A stretch of DNA of 64,000 nt, from NCBI RefSeq assembly GCF_018350175.1, contig NC_058368.1:86988001-87052000 (forward strand), in the 5' to 3' direction. Shown here one piece after another: positions 1 to 12,708 of the stretch; the first letter of the stretch is position 1; every line of letters begins with the position of its first letter. The position numbers and the translations under genes are program-made. Under the pieces are notes generated by a model. It searched no databases and was not told the DNA's origin. It saw only the letters and a list, made by a program, of their open reading frames with translations. Origin of the DNA: Felis catus (Eukaryota).

Positions 1-466
1 GGCTGGGGGATGGGCGAGGGAGATGGCGCTGGTGAGCTCCTTTGTTCCCCACCAAGCTGAGCTCTGTCTCCGGGGTTCAACAACTCTCCCTCCCGTTGTC
101 CTCCAGCCCTCCCTTTCTCCGAGCAGAGCTGTTAGCTTATGACCTTCTAGATGTCAAGTCCTGCTTACTGTCAGAACACACTGTCTGGCCCCTCCGATTT
201 TGCAAGCCAAATTCAGAGGCTCTGTTTGGCCGGAGGGCTGCCCCTCCTTCCTCCCCGCCTCCCTCAGGCCAGTCCGTGGAGCGCACACCGCCTCTCTGCC
301 CTTCCTACCCTCTTCCCTGGGCCTCTTGTCTGCCCTTGGCTCCGGAGACTCTGTTCTGTTAGTCTTCTGGCAGTTTTCTGGGTTATTTACGCAGGCGTAG
401 GTGGAATCTAAGTGATAAGCATGACGCTCGGTGAGCCCAGTGTCCTCCTATGCCACCATCTTCCCA
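1..466 (-). mobile_element. LINE-1 5'UTR (5' end of a young felid-type L1 that runs off the left edge), inserted into ERV integrase
   Basis: Reverse complement aligns with the L1 5'UTR at ~56975-57440 (GGGAAGATGGTGGCATAGGAGGAC vs GGAAGATGGCGGCTTAGGAGGAT). GC/CpG rich. Confidence 0.9.
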
Positions 467-469
467 GGA

Positions 470-1121
470 TCTGACCTGACTTCTTCTAAAGAAATTATTC
501 CAGGATTTGGGATCCCTATCACTATGGGTTCAGATAACAGGCCAAAGTTCATGACTGAGGAGGTGCAGTTAATGGCAAAGAGGCTAAAGATCACCTGAAA
601 GTTTCACATGGCATACCAACCCCAGAGCTCCAGGAAGATGGAATGAATGAACCAAACCCTGAGCTGAAATTAAGTAAATTGTGTCAGAAAACCCACCTAC
701 ACTGGGACCAGGTGTTGCCAATAGCCTTGTTAAGAATCAGGTGTAGCCTCAATAAGCTAACGGGGTTTTCCCCTTATGAAATCCTCTATGGGTGCCCCTG
801 CACATTACCAAGGACATGAAGGGGGATTTAAATGAGATAGGTAATCTAACCCTAAGGCAACAGATGTGGGCCTGTGGCTCTACCCTAACCACCTTACACC
901 ACTGTGTTAGGGAGCAATTACCTCTGGATCTGACCACAGACGCTCATCCCTTTAAACCAGGAGATGCTGTATGGGTAAATGAGTCGAATGTCCAACCCCT
1001 AACACCCTTTTGGAGAGGCCTTTTCACCATTATATTCTCCACCCCGACTGAAGTAAAGGTGGCTGAAGTGGGCCCCTGGATTCACTACAGCAGAGTGAAA
1101 CTGGCATCTCAAAACTGGTAA
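470..1121 (+). mobile_element. Endogenous retrovirus pol remnant (integrase core and C-terminus), defective
   Basis: Manual translation LLKEIIPGFGIPITMGSDNRPKF...IT*KFHMAYQPQSSRKME*MNQTL...FSPYEILYG, then ORF 792-1121 HPFKPGDAVWV...WRGLFTII...PWIHYSRVK. These are gammaretrovirus-like integrase motifs with stops and frameshifts. Confidence 0.9.
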
Positions 1122-1475
1122 TGCATCCCTGATCCATCAACACCATGCAAGTTGACCACATGGAAGAAGCAATCTGCAACTCCAGAGGCTCCAGGAGACT
1201 GCAGCCCTGCTTTAGTTATTCTGGAAGCTGACTAATCTACATAAGGCAGAAACTTGAGGAATCGACCATTCAGTGAAACAAATAGACTGTCCTTATTTTC
1301 TATATCTGTTTCCCTGCTGTGATGCACTGTTGCCCTTTGTCTCTTGCTGTTATTGTGATTCTTGCCCTATTTTTCGCCATAGGATTGGCACAGCCTGACC
1401 CGGCCAGTTGGTGGGGGGGGGGGGGTAGCAAGAGGTTTCTGTTAGCACTCACATCCTATCACTTTTGTGGATAGG

Positions 1476-2820
1476 ATGATTCATTGGTATTGGTTGCTTC
1501 TAATATGGACCCCTTCTGTAGACCTAGATTCTTCATCCTGTGACCCATGTATTCGCATAACCAGGTCAGGCCAGGGCGTCGCTTGGACCTTACTGTACCA
1601 TACCCACTTCTCATGCCTAGGGAACAATCCTGGGGACCCGCATGCACAATAAGACCACCTATTCTGTCTGCCAATGGGAGGATCAATAAACTTGTCTTGA
1701 CACACCATATTCCCCAAAGGAAGAATGGCTAGAAGTCCAGAGCACCCTCTAGGCAAGGGAAAAATGAACCAAAGGATACAACTCACTAACGTAAAACATC
1801 CAGTGTCAATACTTTCTGATGTGTGGTCAATCATAGTTGATGCCCAGAAAAGGCAGCTAACCTTTGCCAAGGCATGGGAAGGACTCTCTTGGTAATGAGA
1901 GTACAGGGTAAATGGTAAGTACATGTGTGAACTGTCCTCAACTAGAGCCCATTTCAGGTGTGCCGTGACTCCCCAGTTTTACTGTCACTCCTGGGACTGT
2001 GTTTCATGGGAAAAGGGAAAAGACCAAATGGCACTCCTTCAAAACTGGAAAAAACAGCCTATACAGTAACTCCTGCAGGCTGGTCAGGCTCAAGTGTGCT
2101 GGGAACCATTCGTCCATTTTTCTTCCTGCTTCCACTTGCTAGAGTGGAACATTTGGGGGTTTGGGTGTACAGAGACAGGGAGACTCAAACGACGGGTCCT
2201 ACAAATTGGCACATGGAAAGATTTTGAATGTCCTCCTGAGCATATAGTCCAATATTATGGCCCTGCCACCTGGGTAGAGGATGGGTCTACACTCCCATTT
2301 ACATGCTAAACCGCATAATCAGTCTTCAAGCAGTTGTAGAAATGATAACCAATGGAACTGCCTGAGCTCTTAATTTACCAGCCAAGCAGCAAACCAAAAT
2401 GTGAAATGCTGTCTATCAAACTCTTGGCCTTGGATTACCTGCTTGCTTATGAGGGAGAAGTTTGTGGAAAGTTTAACCTGAGCAAGTGCTGCCTACAGAT
2501 AGATGATGAAGGAAAAGTCATAGAAGAGATCACAGATCAAATGAGGATGGTTGTTCATGTCCCCGTCCAAACCTGGAAAGGTTGGGACCCAGGGGAGGTA
2601 TTTGGAGATTGTTTTTCAACTCTCAAGGGATTAAAACCCTCATGGGAATTATCCTCTTGATTTTGAAAGGTTTCTTAATCTTAAATTGCTTAGCTTCCCT
2701 GGTTATAAGATCTGTCTCCAGCCTCACTGAGGCCATGGTGCAAAGAGAAATGGCCACTCATGTGATGATGTAATGGAAATATAAACTTCTAAACAAAGAT
2801 GATGCTCTTTCACCAAAATA
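1476..2820 (+). mobile_element. ERV env remnant, ERV3/HERV-R/HERV-E-like, defective
   Basis: Signal-like MIHWYWLLLIW; CxxC (CDPC); [31 protein letters not shown]; furin-like [39 protein letters not shown]-like [39 protein letters not shown]; hydrophobic TM anchor. Multiple frameshifts and stops. Confidence 0.9.
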
Positions 2821-2847
2821 GAGGGGTCCAAGCATCAAAAGGGAGAA

Positions 2848-3186
2848 TGTGGTAGAGTCCCCTCCATGAAGAATGTGAAAAATAAAAAAGAAAAAAAAAA
2901 AAAAAAAAAAAAACCTTAAGACAAGGGAAGGCAACCTGGCTATATGTGTATGTGAAGTCCCTCATGACCCTGTAACATGAAATCACCTAATCAGACCACA
3001 TGTCTGTGTGTTACCATGTATGGCAGACAAAGGAGAAAAAAATTTATGAAAGAATATACCTCATTGCCCTCGGGGCTCAGTTTTTCGATTATGAACCCAA
3101 CTGAGCCAGTGCCGGCACACAAGTTGCTTCCTGGAAAGAAAAGCCTTGATGTCACGACTCTCTGTGCAAACGTCGGTCCCATCACA
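2848..3186 (+). mobile_element. Probable 3' LTR of the ERV
   Basis: Polypurine tract AAAAGGGAGAA (2837-2847) is followed immediately by TGT. A plausible ...CA end lies at ~3186 before an AT/AC simple repeat. Right boundary uncertain. Confidence 0.65.
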
Positions 3187-4239
3187 TACATGTATATATG
3201 TGTACGTACACATATGTATTTATATATGTATAAATATATGTGTGTGTTTGCATGTAATTTGGTTATTATATTAAAAATATAAATTGAAATTAATGGTTTC
3301 ACCATTTTTTGATAATAATAAGGCTGATTTCACAGTAGTATATTTTTCATATCAGAACATTAATGGGTGAAGAATTTTAGTAAATATGTGCTTCAATTAC
3401 ATTAATAATGTGATATAATTAAATCTATCACAGAGATTAAACTATGTCATGGTACTATTTGAATATAACAGCATACTGCAAAGACAAAGAGGGTAAGGTC
3501 AAAATCAAAGAATGCTCATAAGATGTTCACTGAACTGTTAACACACTTTACTTGGGAGAATTCCTACTGTCAGTCTACTAAAACATGGACCAGATAAATA
3601 CACCCAAATATAGGAAATTGTCTGGATGTTTGAATGCAGATTTATCAACCTGTTTACTTTATCATACTACTTGCAAAATCATGTTTATCTTAAGCTTATG
3701 TAAAATGTTAAGTTTAATGGTGAATAATTCCACTATTAAGAACTAACCAGAGCATTTTTGGAAAAAGGGAGGGTGAAATTGTTAACACACTGGCCTCATT
3801 GTATGTTTTGTTATTTGGATTTTTAACCATGTGCTGTGTAGCATAGTGAATGAATGTAAACACATCAATGACCAAAGTGAAGACTCTCAGGTAGCCATCA
3901 AAATAATGTATTATATTTTCAGATATTATTATGGGGAAAGTTTTTGCCTTTTCTTTCCTGAACAGTGATTTTCATGTCTTCACTAAATCATACATCTTTT
4001 CTAAGTATTGATGAACAAACCCTTACCTATGAGATGGAATCTCAAAGACTCTTCGTGTGGTTGGGTACTCTATGCATGTTTCCTTCCCTGTGGCTGGCTT
4101 GAGAACTATTTATATTTCCTGTTCTGCTTTGCACTTTATTCTTTACTCTGGATATCATAAAGATGCTGCAGACTGGAAAGTATTCATCCATCTCAGTAGA
4201 TGATGAGCTTGGAAATAAACACACTAAAGATTAAGTGGC

Positions 4240-5610
4240 ATTATCATCAGCAAAATAGTGAAGTCGGGGACTCCTGATTTCCTCCTCCCACATATATTGA
4301 ATATATGGCTACACATAGATTAACTATCTCACACATAAATCCAGAGTCTAGTTGAGTGACTCCTCCACATTGGGCAACTGAGAAAATACTCATAAGAAAT
4401 AGGTATGGAAATCTGAGATAGACTCATATCATAAACCCCCAGCCTCAAAAGAACTTGCAACTTTCAGCTTCCAGAGTAGCAAAAATGTCAGAGCATATAC
4501 CTTTTTTTTTCTGAAATTTTACAGCTGACACCTGAAGGACTGGGTTCCAAATCACCTAGCTTGAATATCAGTGGGGTTTAGCATTCACAAGTTCTGCCCA
4601 CCTCCCCTCAAATTAAACAAAGAGGAAGTTTTAAAAGAGACATGCAAGCATTTCCTCTGGCTGTCTTCCTGAACTCAGCACTCAGTTTCTCCCTGGAAAA
4701 AGTTAAATCGTATACTTAACCACTGCCTGCCGGTTAGGTTCTAATTATCTTGAATCTTGACAGAGTGCAATTCTGCTAGGAGCAGGAAAGCTCTCATAGG
4801 CCTTTCTCATGCCTTCTCCCTGACCCTCCTCCAGGGATAAAACCAAGTCCCCAGCTTCTCCCTGAAAAAAGCTTTCCAAACAATGAGAAGACCAACTTTT
4901 ATAGCTGCCAACTAATAGATAAGTTCCTGAAACACCAAGCTTTGAAAGCCAGTAAGACTGAATATTTGTGAGTTCCCGAAGATTACATTGTTAACAGACA
5001 TGTAAGCACTTCCTGTGACTATCTCCACTGGATCAGCACAGAAAACAACAAACAAACAAACAAACAAACAAACAAAAAGCCTAGCTCCCTGTTTCTCCTT
5101 GGAAAGAGTTTTACTGTACATACAGTCTCAGGTGCTGCTCAACTACCTGTATCTGGGGTAGGGGTGACTACTACTGAAGCCTGAGAAACCTGTGGGAATT
5201 TCTCTGACCTTTTACTCCTGGCTTGCTATACTGATAGAACCAAATCTCAGCTTCTTCCTGAGAGGAGCTTGTCCACACATATAGCGCTCCAACTTTTATG
5301 GCTATCACCTGAGCAACTGACTCCAAAATTGGCTATCCTTGACAGTCAATGGGGTCCTAAATTGGCAAGCCCCAACTGCCACATTAAACTAAGAGGCTAA
5401 GACAAAATTTTAAAAAGAACTGCAACTTCCTCCCACAGCTATCCCCGTAATCTCAGCACAGAATGAGCAAGCAGAAACACAAGGCAACCAATTTCTTCCT
5501 GGATGGGTTGTAACTGCATACTTTCCCAGATACTACATTATGATGGACTTATAATTAACCTGTATCTGGGCGTAATAAAACAGATAATTAATTATTAGTC
5601 TTCCAGGAGC
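4240..5610 (+). repeat. Degenerate ~400-bp x3 tandem array, probably an old LINE-1 5'UTR
   Basis: Motifs CAGCTT(CT)CC, AACTTTTAT-GCT-CA-CT, TCAGCAC and TTTCT-CCTGGA recur near 4465/4853/5249 and 4686/5091/5491. Confidence 0.5.
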
Positions 5611-5639
5611 TTGAACAGTTGTAGGGGAACTTCTGCATA

Positions 5640-8210
5640 TTCTTTTCTCCAGCTCATCTTAGAATATTTATATATGTGTATTCACATATACGTGTATATA
5701 CATATATATACATATATTGATTTATATATGTATACATATATATTCTTATATATATTCAAATGTATATATAATAACTTCTTTATCCATTTCTATCAAAGAA
5801 CACTAAGGTCCCTTCCATATCTTGGCTATCGAAAATTATGTATATGTGGTGCATATGGTTTTTCAAATCAGTGTTTTTATTTTGGGGGGGCAAGCACCCT
5901 ATAGTGGAAATAATAAATCATATTGTATCTCCTTTTTTAATATTTGAGGAAACTCTATACTGTTTTCAGTGGCTGCTTCAATTTACATTTCCACCAACAG
6001 TGCATAAGGGTTCCTTTATCTTCATATCTGCCTAGCACTTGTTATTTCTTGTCTTTTTGATACTAGCCATTTTGATAGATAGAAAGAAGGTGGTACCTTG
6101 TTGTTTTAACTTACATTTTCCTGATGATTACTGATGTTGAGTATCTTTTCATGTATTTGTTGGTCATCTGTATGGTTTCTTTGAAAAAACTGCTATTCAG
6201 GTCTTCTGCTCATTGTTAATCAGATTGTTCTTTTTGAGGAGCTGAGTTTTAAAACTTCTTTATAGTTTTTTTTTAGATATCAACCCCACATTGATATATC
6301 ATTTGCAAATATCTTCTCTCATTCAGTACGTTGTCTTTTTGTTTTGTTTATGGTTTCTTTCACCATGAAAAATCTTTTTTCTTTCTCTCTTTTCTTTCTT
6401 TCTGTCTTTCTTTCTTTCCTTCTTTCTTCTTTCTTCTTTCTTTCTTCCTTTCTTTCTCTCTACTTTGGTGTAATCCTAATAGTTCTTTTTTGTTTTTGTT
6501 CTCTTGCCTCAGGATATGTATCTTGAAAAATGTTGCTAACACCATTGCCCAAGATTACTGCTTATGTATTTTTTCAGGATCTTTTAGTTTTTGGTGTTCA
6601 ATTTAGGTCTTTAATCCATTTCTAGTTTATTTCTGTGAAAGGTTGAAGAAAGCAGTCCTGTTTCCTTTTTATTTTTTTCATATAGCTGTCCAGTTCTTCC
6701 AGCACCATTTTTTTTTTTTACCAGCAAAAATGGGTTCATTTGGGAATAGCAGAGAACTACTATTTGGGCCAAGCAAGCTAGGGTATAAATAACTGTCTAG
6801 TCCAACAAAGGAGGGGACCTTACCTTATGGAGAAGGAGAAACTTGGGAGGGTCACCACCGTTTTTTGAAGAGACTGCCTTCTCCTTATTGTGTATTTTTG
6901 ACTTCTTTGCCATACATTAATTGACCATACAAGCATGGGTTTATCTGGGGTCTCTTCTGTTTAATTGATCTATGTGTCCATTTTTGTGCCAGTACTATAT
7001 AGTTTTGATTCCTATAGCTGTGTAGTATATCTTGAAATCTGAGATTGTGATACCTCCAGCTTTTTTTTTTTAACCCCCTCAAGATTGCTTTGGTTACTTG
7101 AGGTTTTTTTCTGGTTCCATACAAATTTCAAAATTATTTGTTCTGTTTATGTGAAAAAGTTCTATTAGTGTTTTAGGGATTGCATTGAATCTGCTGATTG
7201 CTTGGGACATTATGAGCATTTTAACAATATTAAGTGTTCCAATCCATGAGCATTGTATGTCTTTCCATTTGTTTGTGTTTTCTTCCACTCTTTCACTAAT
7301 GTTTTACAGTTTTAAGAGTACAGGTCTTTCACTTCTTTGGTTAAGTTTATTCCTAGATATTTTACTCTGTTTGGTGCAATAGTAAATGGAACATTTACTT
7401 AATTTATCTTTTTGCTACTTCATTATTAGTGTATAGAAATGCAACTGCATTGTGTATATTAATTTTGTATCTTGCAACCTTATGGAATTAATTTATGAAT
7501 TTTCATAGTTTTTTTGTAAAGTGCTTATGGTTTTCTATATTTAGTATTATATTATTTGCATATAATTACAGTTTAACTTCTTCTTTACCAATACGATGTC
7601 TCCTATTTCTCTTTCTTGTCTGATTGCTGTGGCTAGGACTTCCAGTACCATGTTGGATAAAAGTGGCAAGAGTGGATATCATTGTCTTGCTCTTCATTTT
7701 AGGTGAAAAAAAACTTAGTTTTCCACCACTGCATATAATGTTAATTCTGGGGTTGTCACACATGGCCTCTACCATGTTGAAGTATGTTTCCTCTGAACTC
7801 ACTTTGTTGAGAGTTTTTATAATAAATGGATGTTGAATCCTGCCAATGCTTTTACTGCTTCTATTGAGATGATCATATGATTTTTATCTCTTTTTTTTTA
7901 TTGTTGTGTATCACATTGATTGATTTGGGGATAGTGGACCATACTTCTATCTCCAGAAAAAATTTTACTTGATTGTAGTGAATGATTATTTGAATGTATT
8001 TTTGGTTGTGGTTTGCTAATATTTTCTTCAGGATTTTTGCATATATGTTTAGCAGAGTTATTGGGCTATAGTTTTCTTTTTTAGTAGTGTTTTGGTTTTG
8101 ATAACAGGATAATGGCCTCATAGTAAATACTTGGAAGCTATCCTTCCTTTTCTGTTTTTTAGTGTAATTTGAGGAGAACAGTTATTAACTCATCTTTAAT
8201 TCTTTGGAAG
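5640..8210 (-). mobile_element. LINE-1 ORF2 3' fragment (degenerate)
   Basis: Minus-strand ORF fragments NKWKDIQCSWIG and [23 protein letters not shown] match L1 ORF2. Internal (TTTC)n at ~6375-6460. Confidence 0.9.
6711..6852 (-). mobile_element. Short polyadenylated insert resembling an ERV LTR U3-R end, inside L1
   Basis: Poly(T) at 6708-6719. Minus strand reads ...TTATTTATACC...TCTCTGCTATTCCCAAATGAACCCATTTTTGCTGGT-An. Flanked by imperfect TSD CAGCACCATTT (6700-6710) / CACCACCGTTT (6853-6863). Host L1 resumes in register. Confidence 0.6.
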
Positions 8211-9029
8211 AAAAATAAAGGATTCTAAAAGGTGATAATAAATAAGCAAATCTAGAGGAAAACTACTCAACCATGCATGTAAGCATTGTACATTAAATCC
8301 TAATCCAAACATCACAGAGCATTTTAGAAAGTGAAAAAATAATAATTTGGAGGTTTTCCTGCAGTGGGCATTTATGAAACTTTTTCATTCACATTTGTGG
8401 AATTTTTAGATAGTCCCTCCATCCTTTCCTTTATGTCAACTATTTCAGTTCCATTATTCATTAAGTCCCATGGCAGGGTGTCTTCTTAGTATAACATAAG
8501 AATTCATTCATGATAGAACCACAGACTCTTCCTGTTATATAAAGACTATATGGAGCCATCAATTTTACAAGTGTATATACACAATCATAAACACTTTTGC
8601 AAATGACAATGATTATTCACATAAGAGACTATTAAATTAATGTTACAATTCAACACTCAGAAATACAAACATAAGTATGTATACGTTTATTTATATGTAA
8701 AACATATATACATATATAATATAAAATCGCATTTGAGATTAGCTTCAGTGATGTGTAATACAAAGTTAAGATTAATAAATACCTTTTTTAAGTATTATAT
8801 CTGCATACTGTTCCCCACGGAGTCACTTAGTCCCCACAGTTGTAAAAAATTGTATTAGCCTATTTGTTTCATATCATATGAAGTTATTTTAAGGATTTAG
8901 GAAATATGTCATGAAATCCTATTTTATGAAATCACACAACTACAGGACATTTAAGAAACAAATATATCTCCAACATATATTCAAGATGACTATGACTGAA
9001 TTTAAAAGTTAATATGGTGATACACTCAA

Positions 9030-9970
9030 ATTGTTTTTATTGTCATAAAAATATAAAGTAAAATTTACCATCTTAGTTTTTTGTTGTTGTTGTTTTTCAT
9101 TTTATATAACAGTAGTGATAACTATAAGAACATTGGTTTTGCAACAGATACTTAGAATTTTATCATCTTGCAAATTTTAATTGTTATGTCATTGAACCAC
9201 TCTACTTTTCCTCTCTCCCCAGGGTCTGGAAACCACTATTTAATTTTGTTTCTAAGGATTTGACCACTTTATATACTTCATATAAGTAGAATAATACAGT
9301 ATTTGTCTTTTTGTGAATGATTAAAGTCACTTAGCATAATGTCCTCAAGCTTCATACATGTTGCAGCATATGTCATAATTCCCTTTCCTTACTAAAATTA
9401 GTAACATAAACATCACAATTTATAAATATAGATATAGATGATAGATATACATGGACATAGATATAGATATAGATATAGTTATAGACCACACCTGGTTTAT
9501 CCATTCATCCATTGAGGTACATTTAAGTTGCTTCTACTTCTTGACTTTTATAAATAATACTGGAATGTAACTAATATCAATAATACTGTAATGAACATGG
9601 AAGTGCAGATGAGATATATATGAAAATAGTGTATTATCAAAATAATAGATAAAGAACTCAAAGGAACAAAATAGAGAAATGAGAAATAAATCCATATAAA
9701 TATGGTTAAATAAACGTTGACAAAAGAGTATAACCAATAATATTTATCATTGATTATTTTTTAAGCAAATGGAGCTAGAATAGCTGGAAAATTACATGAA
9801 ATATGATTGAATCTATACACAGATCTTATACCTTTCATCAAAATTAACTTGATGTGGATTATAGATCTGTATGCAAATAGACAACTAAAAACTAAAAACC
9901 TCTCAGAAGCTAATATAGCAGAAAGACTATTCTGACCTTAGATATGGCAATGATTTTTTAAAGATACAGC
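9030..9970. mobile_element. Old LINE-1 fragments (3'UTR on minus ~9030-9620; ORF2 piece on plus ~9620-9970)
   Basis: Typical L1 3' motifs (CACTTAGCATAATGTCCTCAAG, TTTATCCATTCATCCATTG), then plus-strand ORF2-like sequence. Confidence 0.6.
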
Positions 9971-10552
9971 ATAGTTTTCCACAAACCTTTCAAATTTCAA
10001 TGATGAAATGTAGCATTTCATTTCATCCAATTCTTTCACTCCAATTCTTTCCATAATTACCCTAATTTAAATACTTAATGTTGGATAATCCTATCATTTA
10101 TTTATATATCAGATATTTATTTCTACCTCTGTTAGCTGTATAGTTGTTTTCTTGGAGTATATGTCATTTCCTAATTTCATATTCAAGGAACACTTTTACA
10201 AAAGTTGTGATTTACATTCTGAATTTTTTCATCTCTAAAAAGATTTTATTCAGCTATGCCTCTTTATTTATACATAAATATATATTACTCAGATACACAG
10301 TACCCAATTTGTCAGAACACAAAGCACCAAACCTTTCTGTGAGTAGTTGTTTGGGGGGTGGGGGAGGTTATAATAAGCAACTCTTGTCTTCCAGTCACTT
10401 TATGTTTTGTAGTGCAAATACCTCACCAGATGCTGTTTCTCAAATATTGAGAAGTTATGAAAGCATAACCTTGTTCCAAAAGCATAGAAGTAATGCATGT
10501 TATCTTATAGGAGAAAAAAATAAAATACAACTGTCATGTAACTAAAGATAAA

Positions 10553-11847
10553 TAGGCGGTGGAGGGGCAGCCGCCTGGCAAGGCAGAGCCCCTGAAGTCT
10601 GGCTTGCAAAAGAAGGGGGGGGCGGACTCTGTGAGGTCTGACAGCCAGCGGTAATTAACATCTGAAATGTTAAAAGTCAATAGCTCTGCTCTTGCAGAGT
10701 GAGGAGGGCTAGTTGACACCTGGAGGGAGAGGTGTTGAGCCCCAGAAGAGAGAGCTCAGCTTGGGGGGGGGGGGGAGAAACAAAAGCCCTGGAAAGCTCC
10801 ATCTCCCTCTCCTATCCCCCAGCCAAAATTCCAAAGGGACCCAGTTCCCGTCACGGAACTTGCTTGCACTTCGCAAACGTCCAATGTTGTTCTTCTATGG
10901 ATCCATCCCTCCCACAGGTCTTCCTCCCTTCTGGTGCCTCGGGGCCCCTACTGCAGGGGACCCCCAACAGCAAAGGGAGCTAAGCCTGCCTCTCCTGCCC
11001 CTGTGCACTTTGCAGATCCACCCCAGCTAATATGCCAGATCCCATTGAAGCAGCACCACAAGCCTGGCAGTGTGCAAGTAGCCCAGACAGGGACCACACC
11101 ACTCCACAGTGAGTCCTGCCCTGGGAGAGAGGAAGATAAGGTACACACTAGTCTGACTGTGGCCCCAGCAGTGGGCTGGGGACAGATATCGGATCTGACT
11201 GAGTCCCTGCCCACCAACATAAGTTACTCCAGACAGCACAGGGGAAGTACCCTGCAGTTTGGAGCTACTGCAGGAACTACCCAAAATGACAAAAGGGAAT
11301 AATTACCCTCAAAAGAAACTCCAGGAAGTAGCGACAGCTAACGAATTGATCAAAAACAATTTATGCAATATAATGGAACAAGAATTTAGGATAATAGTCA
11401 TAAAATTAATCGCTGGGCTTGAAAAAAAGCATAGAGGACAGAAGATTCTATTGCTACACAGATCAAGGGACTAAGAAATAGTCATGAGGAACTAAAGAAT
11501 GGTATAAATGAGGTGCAAAATAAAATAGAGATGGCCACAGCACGGATTGAAGAGGAAGAGGAGAGAATAGGTGAATTAGAAGATAAAATTATGGAAAAAG
11601 AGGAAGCTGAGAAAAAGAGAGATAAAAAAAAATCCAGGAGTATGAGGGGAGAATTAGAGACCTCAGTGATGCAATCAAATGGAACAATATCCATATCATA
11701 GGAATTCCATAAGAGGAAGAGAGAGAGAAAGGGGCTGAAGGTGCACTTGAACATATCATAGCTGAGAACTTCCCTGATCTGGGGCAGGAAAAAGGCATTG
11801 AAATCCAAGAGGCACAGAGAACTCTCTTCAGACGTAACTTGAATCAA
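10553..11847 (+). mobile_element. LINE-1 fragment: partial 5'UTR plus first ~190 codons of ORF1, truncated at both ends
   Basis: Aligns with ~57185-58473. ORF1 start ATGACAAAAGGG at ~11286; fragments EFRIIVIKLIAGLE and RIEEEEERIGELEDKIMEKEEAEKK. Confidence 0.9.
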
Positions 11848-12474
11848 TGTTTTTTTTTAAATTTTAGTATGAGTAACATAACATACAGTGTTATATTAGT
11901 TTCAAGTGTATAATATAATGATTCAACAATTCTATACATCACTCAGAAACATCATGTTAAGCGTACTTTTATTTCCCTAGACCTATTTTACTCATCCTCT
12001 ACCCAGCTTCCTTCTGGAAACAACCAGTTCATGGTCTACACTTAAAAGTCTGGGTTTTTTACTGTTTTTTTTTTTTAATTTAAATCCAAGTTAGTTAACA
12101 TACAGTGTAATAATGATTTCAGGAATAGAATTTAGTGATTCATCACTTACATATGACATATGACACACAGTGCTCACCTCAAAAATGCCCTCTTTAATGT
12201 CCATTATACTTTAGCCCAACACCCCACCCCCAGCCCCACCATCAACCCTCAGTTTTTTGTCTGTATTTAAGTGTCTCTTATGTTTTGTCTTCCTCTCTGT
12301 TTTTATCTTATTTTTGCTTACCTTCCCTTATGTTCATCTGCTTTGCTTCTTAAATTTCACATATTAGTGAAATCACACGATATTTGTCTTTCTCTGACTG
12401 ACTTATTTTGCTTAGCATGATACACTCTATCTAGTTCCATCCATTGTTGCAAATGGCAAGACTTTATTTTTTTA

Positions 12475-12510
12475 TTTTGTTTATTTAGTTAGTTATTTAG
12501 TTATTTTATT

Positions 12511-12545
<35 letters not shown>

Positions 12546-12708
12546 ACAAGCAGGGGGAGGGGCAGAGAGAGGGAGACAAAATCCGAAGTAGGTTCCAGGC
12601 TTTTATCTGTTAGGACAGAGGCTGAGGAGGGGCTCAAACTCAGGAACTGTGAGATCATGATCCAAGCTAAAGTCAGATGCTTAACCAACTGAGTCACCCA
12701 GGTGCCCC
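12475..12708 (-). mobile_element. Carnivore SINE (CanSINE/SINEC)
   Basis: Reverse complement GGGGCACCTGGGTGACTCAGTTGGTTAAGC head, (CT)n tract and A-rich tail. Confidence 0.95.

Noticed and set aside
1476..2820. Co-opted syncytin-like env gene
   Set aside because: Multiple stops, frameshifts and an apparent SU deletion; no long ORF.
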